This document shows, piece after piece, positions 22,693 through 35,139 of a stretch of DNA of 64,000 nucleotides. The translations under genes were made by a program, and so were the position numbers. The notes beneath the pieces are model-generated. The model ran no database searches and had not been told where the DNA came from. It saw only the letters and a list, made by a program, of their open reading frames with translations. This stretch comes from Cetorhinus maximus (taxonomy: Eukaryota): positions 109,864,001 to 109,928,000 of the forward strand of contig NC_135891.1 in assembly GCF_964194155.1 (NCBI RefSeq), written 5' to 3'. Numbering within the stretch: position 1 is the first letter of the stretch; each line of letters starts with the position of its first letter.

Positions 22693-24232
22693 GGGCAGAA
22701 TTTTATGCGGGTGGTGGAGCCCGCACGTCAGTGCTTAAAATGGCGTGCGCTGATGTCAGGCGAGCGTCCTGATGTCAGCGTGCGCCATGGCGATATTTAG
22801 CTGGGCGGGCGCGCGATGAAGTGCGACGCACGCCCGCCATTAATTAAAGGCCTTGTTAAGGCCATTAACTCGGCAATCGACGCCGATTTTGAGGCGTCCA
22901 TGTGATCTTCAGTTTGATGCACGGGCGCAATGGGTAGGCGGGTAAGTGACCTTTTAACAAAACTCATCCACGGGTGGGATATGTGGGCTCAGTGAGGTTG
23001 TCAATGTTTTATGTGAAGTATTTATTGCAGCAAGTGTTTTAAACTTGCCTGTGTGATCAGTAGCAGTTCAGATGGATTTCCAGCAGCTTTCTCTGTACTT
23101 TAAAGCTTCAGGTCAGCACTCTGCAGACAGGAATCTTTATCGGGCCTGCAGCTTTCCGGAGGCCTCCCTTTAGCCTGGGTATGGGTTCTGACATCTCCAC
23201 TGGAGGCAGCTCCTCTGAGGAGGAAGGGAGGGATAGAATAAGGAGGAGGCCAGGAGTGGACAATCAGCCTCCAGGGGAGCCACCTTTGGGAGGACAGGCG
23301 CAGGCACAAGGGGCGCAGGGCCAAGAGCTTGTCCAAGGTGGAAAGGGCCACAGAAGATGCCACTATCCTGCTACCAGGGTTTACAGGCAGCAAAGCAGCT
23401 ACCTCAATATGACTGAGGTGCAGTGCCGAAGGAGGCTCCAACTCTCAAGGGAAACAGTCAACTATATCTGTCAGATGATTGGCCCTGAGATCTCCCCTAA
23501 CTGTGTGGGTGGACACCCCATGCCAGCGGTTCTGAAGCTCACAGTTGCCCTCAACTTCTATGCCTCTGGCTCCTTCCAGGGCTCGGTGGGTGATCTTTGC
23601 AGTGTCTCCCAATCAGCTGTCCACACTTGTGTCAAGCAGGTTACAGAAGCTCTGTTCAGGCATGCATTGACCTTCATCCACTTCCGCTGTGACCAGGCAA
23701 GTCAGGCACAGCGAGCCAGAGGCTTCACGACCATTGCTGGCTTCCCCGTGTCCAGGGTGCTATAGACTGTACACATGTGGCCATCAAGGCGCCAGCAGGT
23801 GAGCCCGGTGCCTTTGTCAACAGGAAGGGCTTCCACTCCATGAACGTGCAGATAGTGTGTGACCACAGGATGCAGATTCTACAAGTTTGTGCAAGGTACC
23901 CAGGCAGCTCCCACGACGCCTACATCCTCAGACACTCCCAGGTGCCGGGGCTCTTCAGTGCTCTGGCTCGGCTGGATGGATGGCTGCTGGGTGACAAGGG
24001 CTATCCCCTGCGCAGGTGCCTCATGACGCCTCTCCACCATCCAAGAACAGAAGCTGAGCAGCGATGCAATAGGAGCCACAGCACCACAAGGGCTGTGGTG
24101 GAGAGAACCATCGGTCTTCTCAAGATGCGCTTCCGATGCCTGGACCGCTCAGGGGGCACACTCAGGTACCCCCCAAGTCATGTGCCGGTAATAGTGGCAG
24201 TCTGCTGCACTCTGCACAATCTTGCACTGGTA
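22693..24232 (+). mobile_element. Truncated autonomous-type Harbinger element (left TIR plus transposase)
   Basis: GGGCAGAATTTT at 22693; subterminal region homologous to the MITE ends; cut off by LTR-element sequence at ~24232. Confidence 0.9.
23181..24232 (+). pseudogene. HARBI1-like Harbinger DDE transposase, one frameshift near 23750
   Basis: ALNFYASGSFQ, GFP/VQGAIDCTHVAIKAP, FVNRKGFHSMNVQIVCD, YPGSSHDAYIL, LLGDKGYPL, VERTIGLLKMRFRCL, CCTLHN. Confidence 0.95.
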
Positions 24233-25940
24233 AGGTGGCTCCAAGAGATGTGAAAGCCAAGGTTATCATGGATTTCCCAGTGCCTACAACAAAATGAGAA
24301 ATTTTGAGATTTCTGGGCATGAGTGGGTTTTACCAGAAACTGGTACCAAATTTTAGCCAAGTGGTTGCTCCTCTGACCGAACTATTAAAAAAGAACAAGA
24401 AGCTTCAATGAACACTGACGTGTCAGAAGGCATTTAATAGTTTGAAAACTGTATTAACTACAACACCATTTGTGGCAGTACCCAATTAGGCCAAACAATT
24501 TAAATTGGCCATTGACGCAAGCGATATATGTATTGGGGCCGTACTGTTACAAGAAGATGACACTGGAATTGAAAAACCGATAGGGTATTTTTCACGGAAG
24601 TTGACTACACAACAGAGAAGATATTCAATGATTGAAAAGGGGACGTTGGGTTTGATGTTAACATTGCAGCATTTTGAAATCTATGTGGCAAACAATTTGT
24701 TAGAAACTATTGTTAATACAGACCACAATCCTTTAAAGTTTCTGGACAAATTTTGAGACAGAAGTGCAAGGCTATTCAGGTGGTGTTTATTACTGCAACC
24801 ATTTAATCTACAGATAATACATGTTGCTGGATGAGAGAATCTATTTGCAGATGCGTTATCAAGAGTTTGAAGCTTAAAGGGAAAATTGGACATTTTTAAT
24901 ACCTAGACACTGAACTGGAATGATTTCTGCTAATACTAAGGATGTAGATATATATTATTATACTAATGCATGCACCTGGTAGTGTAAATATATAGTTAAG
25001 TCTAGGAGATAGCGTAAGATGTGTTATTAAAAATGAAGCTGTCTTTTAGAATTATGACAGTTCATTTTTCAATAAGAAGAGGGATGTCATGAAGAGATTA
25101 ATGTCTGTAATGTTATTGGAATTTATTTTTTAAAAAGAGTTTAATGGTGTTTGTGTCTATGTGTGTGTCTGTGTGTGTCTTCATTGGATTGAAGCCAGCT
25201 AGTCTGGGTGCTTTGATGTGTAGTAGTTTTGAGATGTTAATTGGGGAAACAGTAAGGAAGTTAAAAGGTATAGTGTACATTTGCATTTGTTTAACAAACC
25301 ATTCAAAAGAATGGGTGAAATCTTGCACCTAGCTAGAAGACGCCAAGCAATGTGTTTATGTTTTTCAGCTTACTAATAAAATTGGTGGAATCAAAGGATG
25401 TTATTGTTAGAGGAGGTAAAATTAAAAGCCCATTGATACAATGGAAAATTTACATTCAAAGAGAAAGATATGTATAAAGGAGAAAGGAGTTTGTGTGTGT
25501 AAGGCAGAGGCATTTTAAGATCCATCAAGTGTGAGAAGCCTCCAGCCTGTAAACCTAAAGTCTGCCTGCAAGGACCCAGAACTGAAGGAAACTCATTTTT
25601 AATGTGACTGTCCAGGATGTGCTCTGCCAGGTGTCTCTTTAAATCTATGAGTTTTACTGTTGCCTTAACAGGGGTGAAACTAAGAGTCAGGTTAATTAGG
25701 GGATTTTTGTACTTATTATAGTAGTAATTTGTAGATGTGTATGTGTTTAAGTTGTTGTTAAATTAATAAATGTTTAATTTAGTTTTATATAAAAAAACCT
25801 CTTGAGGCTCAGTGGTCTTATTCCTGAATCCAGAGCCGCATCTCAAACAAACCAATTGAAAATGTAGGTTATGACAGCTGTTTCAAGTTTCCCTCTGGGA
25901 TTTAAACAACTCAGCCTTTATCATCAGTGGTGTCATAATA
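24233..25940 (+). mobile_element. 3' part of a Gypsy-group LTR retrotransposon (RT end, RNaseH, PPT, 3' LTR 25085-25940); Gmr1-like order
   Basis: RFLGMSGFYQK..APLTELLKK; IDASDICIGAVLLQ; TDHNPL; ENLFADALSRV* at 24870; PPT AAGAAGAGGGA then TGTCATG; AATAAA ~25765; ends GTCATAATA. Confidence 0.85.
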
Positions 25941-26239
25941 AGCCCTGAGGGGAGCTGTGCCTTCCCTGTAACTCACTCTGTACATACTGTCAATGGTGTA
26001 AATAACTAACTAACTAACTTTTGAATAGATATCCTGATACACCTGCAGCTCTTCCTTGCTAGAATCCTGGCCTACTACATTCTACAACAGCACGGTGTCT
26101 CTCCCATATCTGAGCTGCAGGCTGCTTCTCCTTCCGAGCTGGAAGACAAATGGGAAGCCACCCAGCTTGAGAACCTGCCCGCCATTCTTAATTGGATGGC
26201 AAGCCCGCCCTCTAGCAGGCCACCAATTGACCATTGGGA

Positions 26240-26472
26240 AATACACAGCGAGTGGTTAGGATCTGCAATGCATCGCCTGTGAGTGTGTTGGAGGCAGATT
26301 CAGTCGTGGCTTTCAAAAGAGAATTGGGTCATTAACTGAAAAGGAAAAATTTGCAAAGCTATGAGGAAAGGGGGAGATTGGCACGAGGTGAATTGCTGTT
26401 GCAGAGAGCCACCACAGTCACAACAGGCCGAATGGTCTCCTATTGTGCTGTAACAGTTCTATGATTCCATAT
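26240..26472 (+). mobile_element. CR1 3' end
   Basis: CAGCGAGTGGTTAGGATCTGCAATGC...GGCCGAATGGTCTCC..TTCTATGATTC. Confidence 0.85.
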
Positions 26473-28424
26473 CAGGATCTCAACCCAAAACATAAAATCA
26501 TGCCTATATTTGTTTTCCCCATATATATCCCACCTGCCCACACCCACTGGCCTAAATATAAATATCTCTAACCTATCTGCCTTTCAATATTCTTATTGTT
26601 CAGAATTGGGTAATTAGCTAACCTTTAGGCTAGTGTTGAATTTTTATCCAAATGGTCAGGTGTTTGCCCACGATTCACAAACATCTTCAATGCCATTCAA
26701 TTTGAGCTAAAACCTAATACCACACAGAAAAGAAATTAGTCCGACAATGATGATAAGAAATAATGAAATTGTAACTCAGTTGGACATGAAATTAAAATAG
26801 AGCCTCCCAATACATGACAAAAATAGTCAGGTTAGCTTGACGCCTCACCATGCTGAAGGTGGGCCAGCAGGAATGTGAATTTCTACAAAGCAGACAGCTG
26901 GTCCTATGCTCAAGTTCACTCTAGTTAATTTTGTAGTGCACCATCTTAAACAGAGAAGCTGATAAAATTTATCTGGCTAAGTCTTTCGAGAGAAATACAC
27001 TGAACAGAAAAACTAATTATAAGATAAATAACATTAAGCTTCTTTGATTTCCCTAAGGTTTTGTTTTTCAATAGTAACACAATAGTTTGTTATGACTTCT
27101 ACATTTTAAATGTCGGAGCCCAAATTATTAATTTACATCCATCTTTGAATTTACATTGTATTAAATTATAGTTCATAAAATGAACTACATTAAAATGTGA
27201 AATAACTTTTGGATAACACATGAGTTGGAGGATGTTATAAGTAATAAAGCATCTTGAGACACGAATGATGCCCAAACCTGGGAGAGAAAACCTTGAACTA
27301 TGTAATTGCATTTTTTTAATTCAATGATGGAAGTATGAGAAAGAAAGCGTGTTTAATGTGCACATGATAAAATGGAAGATCCATCCATTTAAGAAAAATC
27401 AGTGTAATTTGGCTTATCAAATTCTAGGTGGGTAAATATTTTGCTGTCTTATAATTTATCCTTATGTTTAGTTCACTGGGTGAATCTCATAGTAATTGGC
27501 TATTTGGTTATTGACTCATCATTGAACTTTGGTGTACGTAATTTAAAAAGACCTAACCACCTACTAAAAATTATGCTTGGCAGTACCTGGGGAAATTTCC
27601 AGAAGCTAAGTAATCCAAGGCACTTTAATTGACCACCTGCCTGGTTTTTGTAAGGCAAGGACAGAGTTAAATTTGCCTCCATGGAGTTTTGGATCACAAC
27701 ACTGAGATGCCAAAATGTGAAGTGACCTCTGAGCTAATGTTGAGTTTAATATTAATCTCTCTGATGGTGAATGGCTAATACTTTCTCGCCCTTCTGCTAA
27801 CGGAGAAACATTTGGGCTTGGCAGTTGCATATGGAAGAAATCATACAAAATGCATCAGGATTTCTCCCCCCTTTCCACAGGCCTGGCTTCCAGGTGACTA
27901 TTTAACCCACTGCTAATAGTTACAAAGAGCAAGCTGGTTTTTTTTCCCAGCACTGGAGGCTGTTTTTGAACGATTTACCCTAATTGTCTAAGATGGTAGA
28001 GTCCCCTGCTTCAAAACCTGACACTTCCAGTCTCTTCCCACATACATCCGTGATTCCTCTGACGTCCTACATCATATCAACAATTTCCCTGGCCCCAACT
28101 GCCTCCTCATCACCATGGACGTCCAATCCCTCTACACCTCCATCCCCCTCCAAGATGGTCTGAGGGCTCTCTGCTCATTCCTCAAACAGAGGCCCGAACA
28201 ATCCCCATCCACCACCACTCTCCTCTGCCTGGCTGAACTTGTTCTCTCACTGAACAATTTCTCCTTAAACTCGTCTCACTTCCTCCAAATAAAAGGTTTG
28301 GCTATGGGTACCAGCATGGGCCCCAGTTATGCCTGTCTCTTCATGGAGTCATGGAGGTCTACAGCACAGAAAAAGGCCCTTCGGCCCATCGAGTCTGCAC
28401 CGGTCAAACAAGTACCTAACTATT

Positions 28425-29807
28425 CTAATCACATTTTCCAGCACTAGGCCCATAACATTGTATGCCATGGCATCGCAAGTGTACACCCCAATACTTCTTA
28501 AATGTTATGAGGATTTCTGCCTCTACCACCCTTTCAGGCAGTGAGTTCCTGATTCCCACCACCCTCTGGGTAAAAAAATTCTTCCTCACATCCTCTCTAA
28601 ACCTCCTGTCCCTTACCTCAAATCTATGCCCCCTGGTTATTGATCCCTCCACCAAGGGGAAAAGTGCCTTCCTGTCTACCCTATCTATGCCCCTCATAAT
28701 TTTATACATCTCAATCATGTCCCTCTTCAATCTCCTCTGCTCCAGGGAAAATAACCCCTGTCTATCCAACCTCTCCTCATAACTAAAACTCTCCAGCCCA
28801 GGCAGCATCCTGGTAAATATCCTCTGCACTCTCTCCAGTGCAATCACATCCTTCCTATAACGCGGATTCCAGAACTGCATGCAATACTCTAGCTGTGGCC
28901 TAACCAGCGTTTTATACAGTTCCAGCATAATCTCCCTGCTCTTATATTCTATGCCTTGACTAATAAGGGCAAGTATCCCATATGCCTTCTTAACCATCTT
29001 ATCTACCTGTCCCGCTACCTTAAGGGACCGTTGGGCATGTACACCAAGGTCCCTCTGATCCTCAGTACTTCCCAGGATCCTACGATTCATCGTGTATACC
29101 TGTGCCTTGTTTGTCCTGCCCAAGTGCATCACCTCACACTTATCTGGATTAAATTCCATTTGCCACTGATCAGCCCATCTGACCAGCCTGTCTATATCCT
29201 CCTGTAATCTAAGGCGATCCTCCTCACTATTTACCATCCCACCCATTTTTGTGTCATCTGCGAACTTACTGATCAACCCTCCTACATTCAAGTCTAAGTC
29301 GTTCATTAATACCACAAACAGCAAGGGACCCAACACCGATCCCTGTGGAACCCCACTGGACACAGACATCCAGTCACAAAAACACCCCTCGATCATCACC
29401 CTCTGCTTCCTGCCACTCAGCCAATTCTGAATCCAAATTGCCAAATTGTCTTGGATCCCATGGGCTCTTACCTTAGTTATCAGTCTCCCATGCAGGACCT
29501 TATCAAAAGCCTTGCTGAAGTCAAAGTAGACTACGTCAAATGCATTGCCCTCATCTACAAGCCTGGTCACCTCTTCGAAAAATTCAATTAAATTGGTCAG
29601 ACATGACCTCCTCTTAACAAAACCATGCTGACTGCCCTTGATTAATCCCTGCCTCTCCAAGTGTAGGTTAATTCTGTCCCTCAGAATTGTTTCCGATAAT
29701 TTCCCCACCACCGAGGTTAAACTGACTGGCCTGTAGTTCCCTGGTTTATCCCTTCCTCCCTTCTTGAATAACGGTACCACATTGGCTGTCCTCCAGTCCT
29801 CTGGCAC
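28425..29807 (-). CDS. CR1 LINE ORF2 C-terminal part (reverse transcriptase), 460-aa open frame, 5'-truncated; element ~28345-29885
   Basis: PEDWRTANVVPLFKKG, NYRPVSLTSVVGK, YFDFSKAFDKV, SGVPQGSVLGPLLF, SKFADDTK, YKTLVRPQLEY; no endonuclease domain. Confidence 0.95.
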   Translation of the reverse strand: MPEDWRTANVVPLFKKGGRDKPGNYRPVSLTSVVGKLSETILRDRINLHLERQGLIKGSQHGFVKRRSCLTNLIEFFEEVTRLVDEGNAFDVVYFDFSKAFDKVLHGRLITKVRAHGIQDNLAIWIQNWLSGRKQRVMIEGCFCDWMSVSSGVPQGSVLGPLLFVVLMNDLDLNVGGLISKFADDTKMGGMVNSEEDRLRLQEDIDRLVRWADQWQMEFNPDKCEVMHLGRTNKAQVYTMNRRILGSTEDQRDLGVHAQRSLKVAGQVDKMVKKAYGILALISQGIEYKSREIMLELYKTLVRPQLEYCMQFWNPRYRKDVIALERVQRIFTRMLPGLESFSYEERLDRQGLFSLEQRRLKRDMIEMYKIMRGIDRVDRKALFPLVEGSITRGHRFEVRDRRFREDVRKNFFTQRVVGIRNSLPERVVEAEILITFKKYWGVHLRCHGIQCYGPSAGKCD

Positions 29808-31409
29808 ATCTCCTGTGGCCAGAGAGGTATTGAAAATTATTGCCAGCCCCTCTGCTATCTACTCCCTTATCTCACTCAACAGCCTGTATGTGGAACATTC
29901 CTTGTGCCAGTCCTACTCAGGCCTCCTCCCACAACTCTTTCTCTGGTACATCAATGATTGCTTCGGTGCTGCTTCATGCTCTTGTCTGGACCTGGAAAAA
30001 TGTATTAATTTTGCTTCCAATTTCCACCCCTCCATCATTTTCACATGGTCCATCACTGACACTTCCCTTCCCTTCCTTGACCTCTCTGTCTCAATTTCTG
30101 CTGATAGACTGTCCACCAATATCCATTACAAGCCTACCGACTACCACAGCTACCTCGACTACAGCTCCTCACACCCGCTTCCTGTAAGGACTCCATCCCA
30201 TTCTCTCAGTTCCTTCGCCTCCGTCACATCTGTTCTAATGATGCCACTTTCCAAAACAGTTCCTCTGACAGGTCTTCCTTCTTCCTTAACCAAGGTTTTC
30301 CACCTACAGTGGTTGACAGGGCCCTCAACCGTGTCCGGCCCATCTCCCGCGCATCCACCCTCACACCTTCCTCTCCCTCCCAGAACCATGATAGGGTCCC
30401 CCTCGTCCTCACTTATCACCCCACCAGCCTCCGCATTCGAAGGATCATCCTCCGCCATTTCCGCCAACTCCAGCATGATGCCATCACCAAACACATCTTC
30501 CCCTCACACCTCCTATCAGCATTCCGTGGGGACCATTCCCTCCAGGACACCCTGGTCCACTCCTCCATCACCCCCTACACCTCAACCCCCTCCCATGGCA
30601 CCTTCCCTTGCAACTGCAGTAGGAGCAACACCTGCCCCTTTACTTCCCCCTCCTCACCATCCAAGGGCCCAAACACTCCTTTCAAGTGAAGCAGCATTTC
30701 ACTTGCACTTCCCTCAATTTAGTCTACTGCATTCGCTGCTCCCACTACGGTTTCCTCTGCATTGGAAAGACCAAACGCAGACTGGGTGACCGCTTTGCGG
30801 AACACCTTCGGTCTGTCCGCAAGCATGACTCAGACCTCCCTGTCACTTGCCATTTCAACACACCACCCTGGTCTCATGTCCACATGTCCGTCCTTGGCCT
30901 GCTGCAATGTTCCAGTAAGCTCAACGCAAACTGGAGGAACAGCACCTCATCTTCCGACTAAGCACTTTACAGCCTTCCGGACTTAACGTTGAGTTCAACA
31001 ACTTCAGATTATGAACTCCCTCCTCCATCCCCACCCCCTTTCCAATCCCCCTTTTTTCTAATAATTGTATATGTTTTTTAAGTATATTTTTCTTTTCCCA
31101 CCTATTTCCATTATTTTTAAATTCATTTCCATCCATTGTTTTATCTCCACCTTTTAGTTATTTCGATCCCTTCCCCCCACCCCACCCCCACTAGGGCCAT
31201 CTGTCACTTGCTTGTCCTGCTTTCTACCCTTAATGTCAGCATTAGCACACCCTTTAGCTAATATCACCACCGTCAACACCCCTTTGTCCTTTTGTCTATG
31301 ACATCTTTGGCAATCTCTCCTTTGCCTCCACCTATCACTGGCCCTCTATCCGGCTCTACCTGTCCCACCCCCCTCAACCAGCTTATATTTCACCTCATTT
31401 CTATTTTTC

Positions 31410-31455
31410 TTTAGTTCTGACGAAGAGTCATACGGACTCAAAACGTTAACTGTGT
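31410..31455 (+). ncRNA. Minimal type I hammerhead ribozyme motif in the Penelope terminal repeat (core mutated)
   Basis: AGTT-CTGACGA-A-GAGTC-ATACG-GACTC-AAAAC-GTTA-ACT; CUGANGA box and stem II intact, GAAA box reads AAAA. Confidence 0.75.
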
Positions 31456-31912
31456 TCCTCTCCGCAGATGCTGTCAGACCTGCTGAGTTTTTCCAGCTAT
31501 TTTTGTTTTTGTTTCAAAACCTTACACGTTTGAAACCTCAGCAACGCGAGACCCTGGTCTGATGAGCTCCAAGTTGTGACAGAGTACCTCATCTTCCTCA
31601 CAGTCTGGATGATGATGTGAAACCCTGATGAGACAGTTAACTATCACTGATTCCCGTTTAAAGCAACCTATTTGTTTTTAATAAGTTTTATCACCACCCA
31701 CCTGATTGCAGAGGTGGAGATTAAATCCAAGAGTTCCGATGAACATAAATTTTGATCCCATCTGATAAAATTAGATTGTATTAGCTTTCCGCTGGTTGGG
31801 AATTGAAATAATGAAGTGTTGCATTAATATTAGTGATACTGCTTAGATTTTTAGAACAACATTTCTGTAAAAAAAACAATCCATGGCTTCTAATTTTGGA
31901 TTCCTGTCCATG

Positions 31913-31990
31913 TTTTGTTTTATTTTATTCATTCATGGGATGTGGCTAGGCCAGCATTTATTGCCCATCCCTCATTGCTCTTGAGAAGGA
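31913..31990 (-). mobile_element. Family-B LINE/SINE 3' tail
   Basis: TTATTCATTCATGGGATGTGG..GGCCAGCATTTATTGCCCATCCCT. Confidence 0.8.
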
Positions 31991-32010
31991 CTGCCCATTA
32001 ATTACTTGTG

Positions 32011-32707
32011 GGGGAGAATTTTCTCCCCGTCGGGCGGGCAGAGCGGGAGCAGGCAAGGGCGGACGCGCAACCAATCACCACCCGCGATCGGCTGCACGCC
32101 GCCATTTTATGTGGGTGGGTCAATTAAGGCCCGCCCAGTGTGATGCGCACCCGGAAGCGCTCAGCGCTACCTGTGCAGGTGGGGGGAGAGGAGGGAGAGT
32201 CAGGGCCTGCGTTCCTTCACGCATGCGTGCGAAAGAGCGCAGAAATCTCCCCGAGGCACAGAGCTGCATCAGGGAGATTAATTTGATTAAAAAAATGAAA
32301 AAAAAAATTCAGACATGTCCCTTCATGTGACAATGTCACATGAGCTGGGACATGTCTATGAATTTTAATAACAATTTTATTAAAGTTATAAACCTTTCAT
32401 GAAACCTCATCCCGCCCATGGGTGAGGTCTCATGAGAAATGCAAAGGTCGCCTGGGCTCTTCGCCTGTCCGACAACCTTAAGGTTGGACAGGCAGCCCAA
32501 ACAATCAGTTTAATTATAGCTAATTAACGGCCTTAACAGGCCTTTGACAGTTCGGCAGACGCGCAGCTGACTCTGGTGTGCGCCCGCCGAACTAAAGATT
32601 GGAATGATGCGCAGTGACGTCAGGACGCACGCCCAATGTCACCGCGCGCCATTTTATGCGTCGGTGTGTGGGGCCCGCTCCCGCACGCTGAACAGAAGAT
32701 TCTGGCC
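32011..32707 (+). mobile_element. Harbinger MITE
   Basis: TIRs GGGGAGAATTTT / AAGATTCTGGCC; flanks GTG/GTA. Confidence 0.9.
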
Positions 32708-33268
32708 GTAGTGTGCTGGCAGGTATGAAAAACTCCAGATAGGCGGCATCAATGCCACCTTCTAATCAGCATCTCTGTGCCACAGGACTGATCATGCCAG
32801 TTTGCCACCTATGGGAAGGACAGAGGCCGATTCAAGGCAGCAGAAGCCTTTTTGGGACCCAGGGCAGCCTTGCCTTATCTCCAATATTTGGAGCCTGGGC
32901 TTAAAGCTGTTGTTGTGAATTGACTATCCATTCTAGAACTGCCCTACCATCATTTTTCACTTGTCTTTCTGGGGCATGATTGAAACTGCGCAAAATGTCT
33001 GCTGTTTTGCTAGCTCTACCAGCACCTTTCTGGCAAGGAGCTTGCGATACATTGATATCTGAGTAGTCCATCTGACCTTTAACTGCTCATGGAGGCTGTG
33101 ATGGCCTTTCACCTTACTTTGCTCCATTCCCCTTCCACTAGAATCAGTGGAAACAAACAAACATCAGGTGTTTTCTGGAATGGGTAGTCAACTGCTAAGT
33201 TCAGCTTTATACCCACGTCGTTATATATTGGGAACGTGGAAGTGTTTCTCTGGTCTTGGCCTTACACC

Positions 33269-33966
33269 TAGGGTTGCCAACTCTGGTTGGACATATTCCT
33301 GGAGGTCTCATCACATGACCCCCCCTGCCTTCAACTGCCCCACCTGGTTAAACAGGCTTTCTTCCCCCATTTCCCATATTTTTATAACTCATAGGGAAGA
33401 ATTTTCCACCCGTCAGGGGGGAAATGCAGGACCTGGTGCATGCGGGCTGCCATTTTATGTGAGTGGGCCAATTAAGGCCTGCCCAGCGTGACATCCACCA
33501 GAAAGCGCTATGTGCTCCCTGTGCAGGCGGGGTGGGGTTGGGGGGGGTGGGAGGCGGGGTGGGATTCTCTAAGCCGGGAGTGCGCTCTTTCGCGCATGCG
33601 CACAAAAGAGCGCACTCATCTCCCTCAGGCTGCACTTAGCCTCAGGGAGATCGGCACCAAATTTAAAAATGGTACATGTAGAGAAATGAAATTTCCCTGA
33701 CATGTCCCCTCATGTGACACTGTCACATGAGTTGAGACATGTGCATCACTTTTAAGTAAACTTTTATTAAATTTTTAAAAACCCTACATGAAACCTCATC
33801 CCGCCCGTGGATGAGGTTTCATGCTTTTTATGAAGCCCGCCAGGGCTCCCGGCCTGCCCGCCAACCTTAAGTGTCTAAGATTTTTCTTTGTGTTTCCCTT
33901 GTCACAGTCTCCAGTCGATTAATATTTGATGCTTGGAGAAGACTCCAGGACAATTTGGCAACCCTA
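33269..33966. mobile_element. Small non-autonomous DNA element (possibly hAT) hosting a truncated MITE at 33394-33871
   Basis: Perfect 12-bp TIR TAGGGTTGCCAA / TTGGCAACCCTA; no recognisable TSD; internal MITE starts GGGAAGAATTTT and lacks its right end. Confidence 0.7.
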
Positions 33967-35139
33967 CTGTGCCTGGGCAGCAAGTTCAAATCTATACCTG
34001 TATATTTGACTTTGAAAACATAAATCATCCAGCACTTTGATTAAATTCCCTCCAAGGCTTCAAATGTATGTGTTTAAAAATTCGATTGTCCACAAACGTT
34101 TTCACTCCCAAAGTTTTAAAAAGGGAACAGAAAGCCTTTTATTCCACATATAAAAAGTTTACTAAGGAAAAAGGTATAAGCCATCTGGTGCATATAAAAA
34201 AAAAACTCCTTTTAATTGATTTGTGACTATTATAAAGCATGCATTAGTTACACTATTAATCTTCATTCTTTGTACTTTCTGTGTTTAATTATGTTTATAC
34301 ATGTGCAGCAGAGTGAGAAAGCATGACTGAAATTGCTAATTTACAGGGCTTTTTTATATCATGTTTCCACAATAACAGGGAATAGTGAATGAAAAGGTTT
34401 GCAGCAAACATTTTAGACTGGATAGTGGGGTGTGGTGCTACCATTGGGCTCAAAGCCCCTGTGCTGAGACTATTCAATTGAATGGGATGAAGAAGTCCTT
34501 CTTCATTTCATTTCATCTCAATTTTCCAGACTACCAATCCTCCTTTATTTCCCACTGCAATGTCTTGCAGTACCCGGTGTCCTTAACAGGTGGCAAGTCG
34601 CCAGAACACTCAACTGTGACAGCGGGCAGCCCATACCAACTGCAACACTGGGCCGTGCCTTCATAGAGCTGGTGAGCTGTGGGCATCGGGAAGCAGCTAG
34701 GCAGATACTATATGTAGCTTTTTGGAGGTGATCTTTCCCCACTCAGATATCTCCTGGGAGCAGAAGGAGGCGATGCTCAGAGAAAGAAGAAGTGGAGGAG
34801 ATTAGCAGAGCTGGCTGCAATCTATGGTTCTTTCATGGGGGTCAGGAGGAGCACTAGGATAGCTTGGCATTGCTTCCAGTCTTCCTTTGAGAAGTGATGT
34901 GGAATGTTTCCTTATATTAAAGGCACTATGTCCTGATTATAGTTTTGTTGGTGCAATTAGACATAAATACCAAGAAAAATCGTCCTAAGCAAATAAATTA
35001 CAATATTGAAGACAGTATGAATGCAGACTGCAGTCTCCTTGGTGTATTAACTGAGAAATGTTTGTTGTGTTTTGTAACATGTTCAGTTGCAAGGTTTTTC
35101 TCAAACTTCTGTTTTTATTTGTCATGGAATGTGTTAGGC

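Larger units (their letters stand above)
28025..31512 (+). mobile_element. 5'-truncated Penelope-like retroelement (RT + GIY-YIG), decayed, with nested CR1
   Basis: MDVQSLYTSIP, QIKGLAMGTSMGPSYACLF, WYINDCF (YIDD variant), LPFLDLSV, HYKPTD; LVYCIRCS..CIGKTKRRLGDRFAEH; flanked by TTCAAAACCT(G/T)ACAC direct repeats. Confidence 0.93.

Noticed and set aside
23181-24253. Domesticated host HARBI1 gene
   Set aside because: Lies next to a TIR, is frameshifted and truncated, and has a second decayed relative in the window; it is a transposon copy.
27860-27900. 13-nt micro-exon (TTTCCACAG|GCCTGGCTTCCAG|GTGACT)
   Set aside because: Weak donor, not a multiple of 3, and no supporting neighbouring exons.
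29764-30789. 341-aa ORF as a novel protein
   Set aside because: Chimera of antisense CR1, in-frame Penelope RT and an out-of-frame Ser/Pro-rich tail.
31555-31635. Second hammerhead or C/D snoRNA (CTGATGAG twice, TGATGA)
   Set aside because: No GAAA correctly placed after a stem II, and no terminal stem with proper C/D spacing.
33261-33974. 8-bp hAT TSD around the TAGGGTTGCCAA element
   Set aside because: Flanks CTTACACC and CTGTGCCT do not match, so the superfamily assignment stays tentative.
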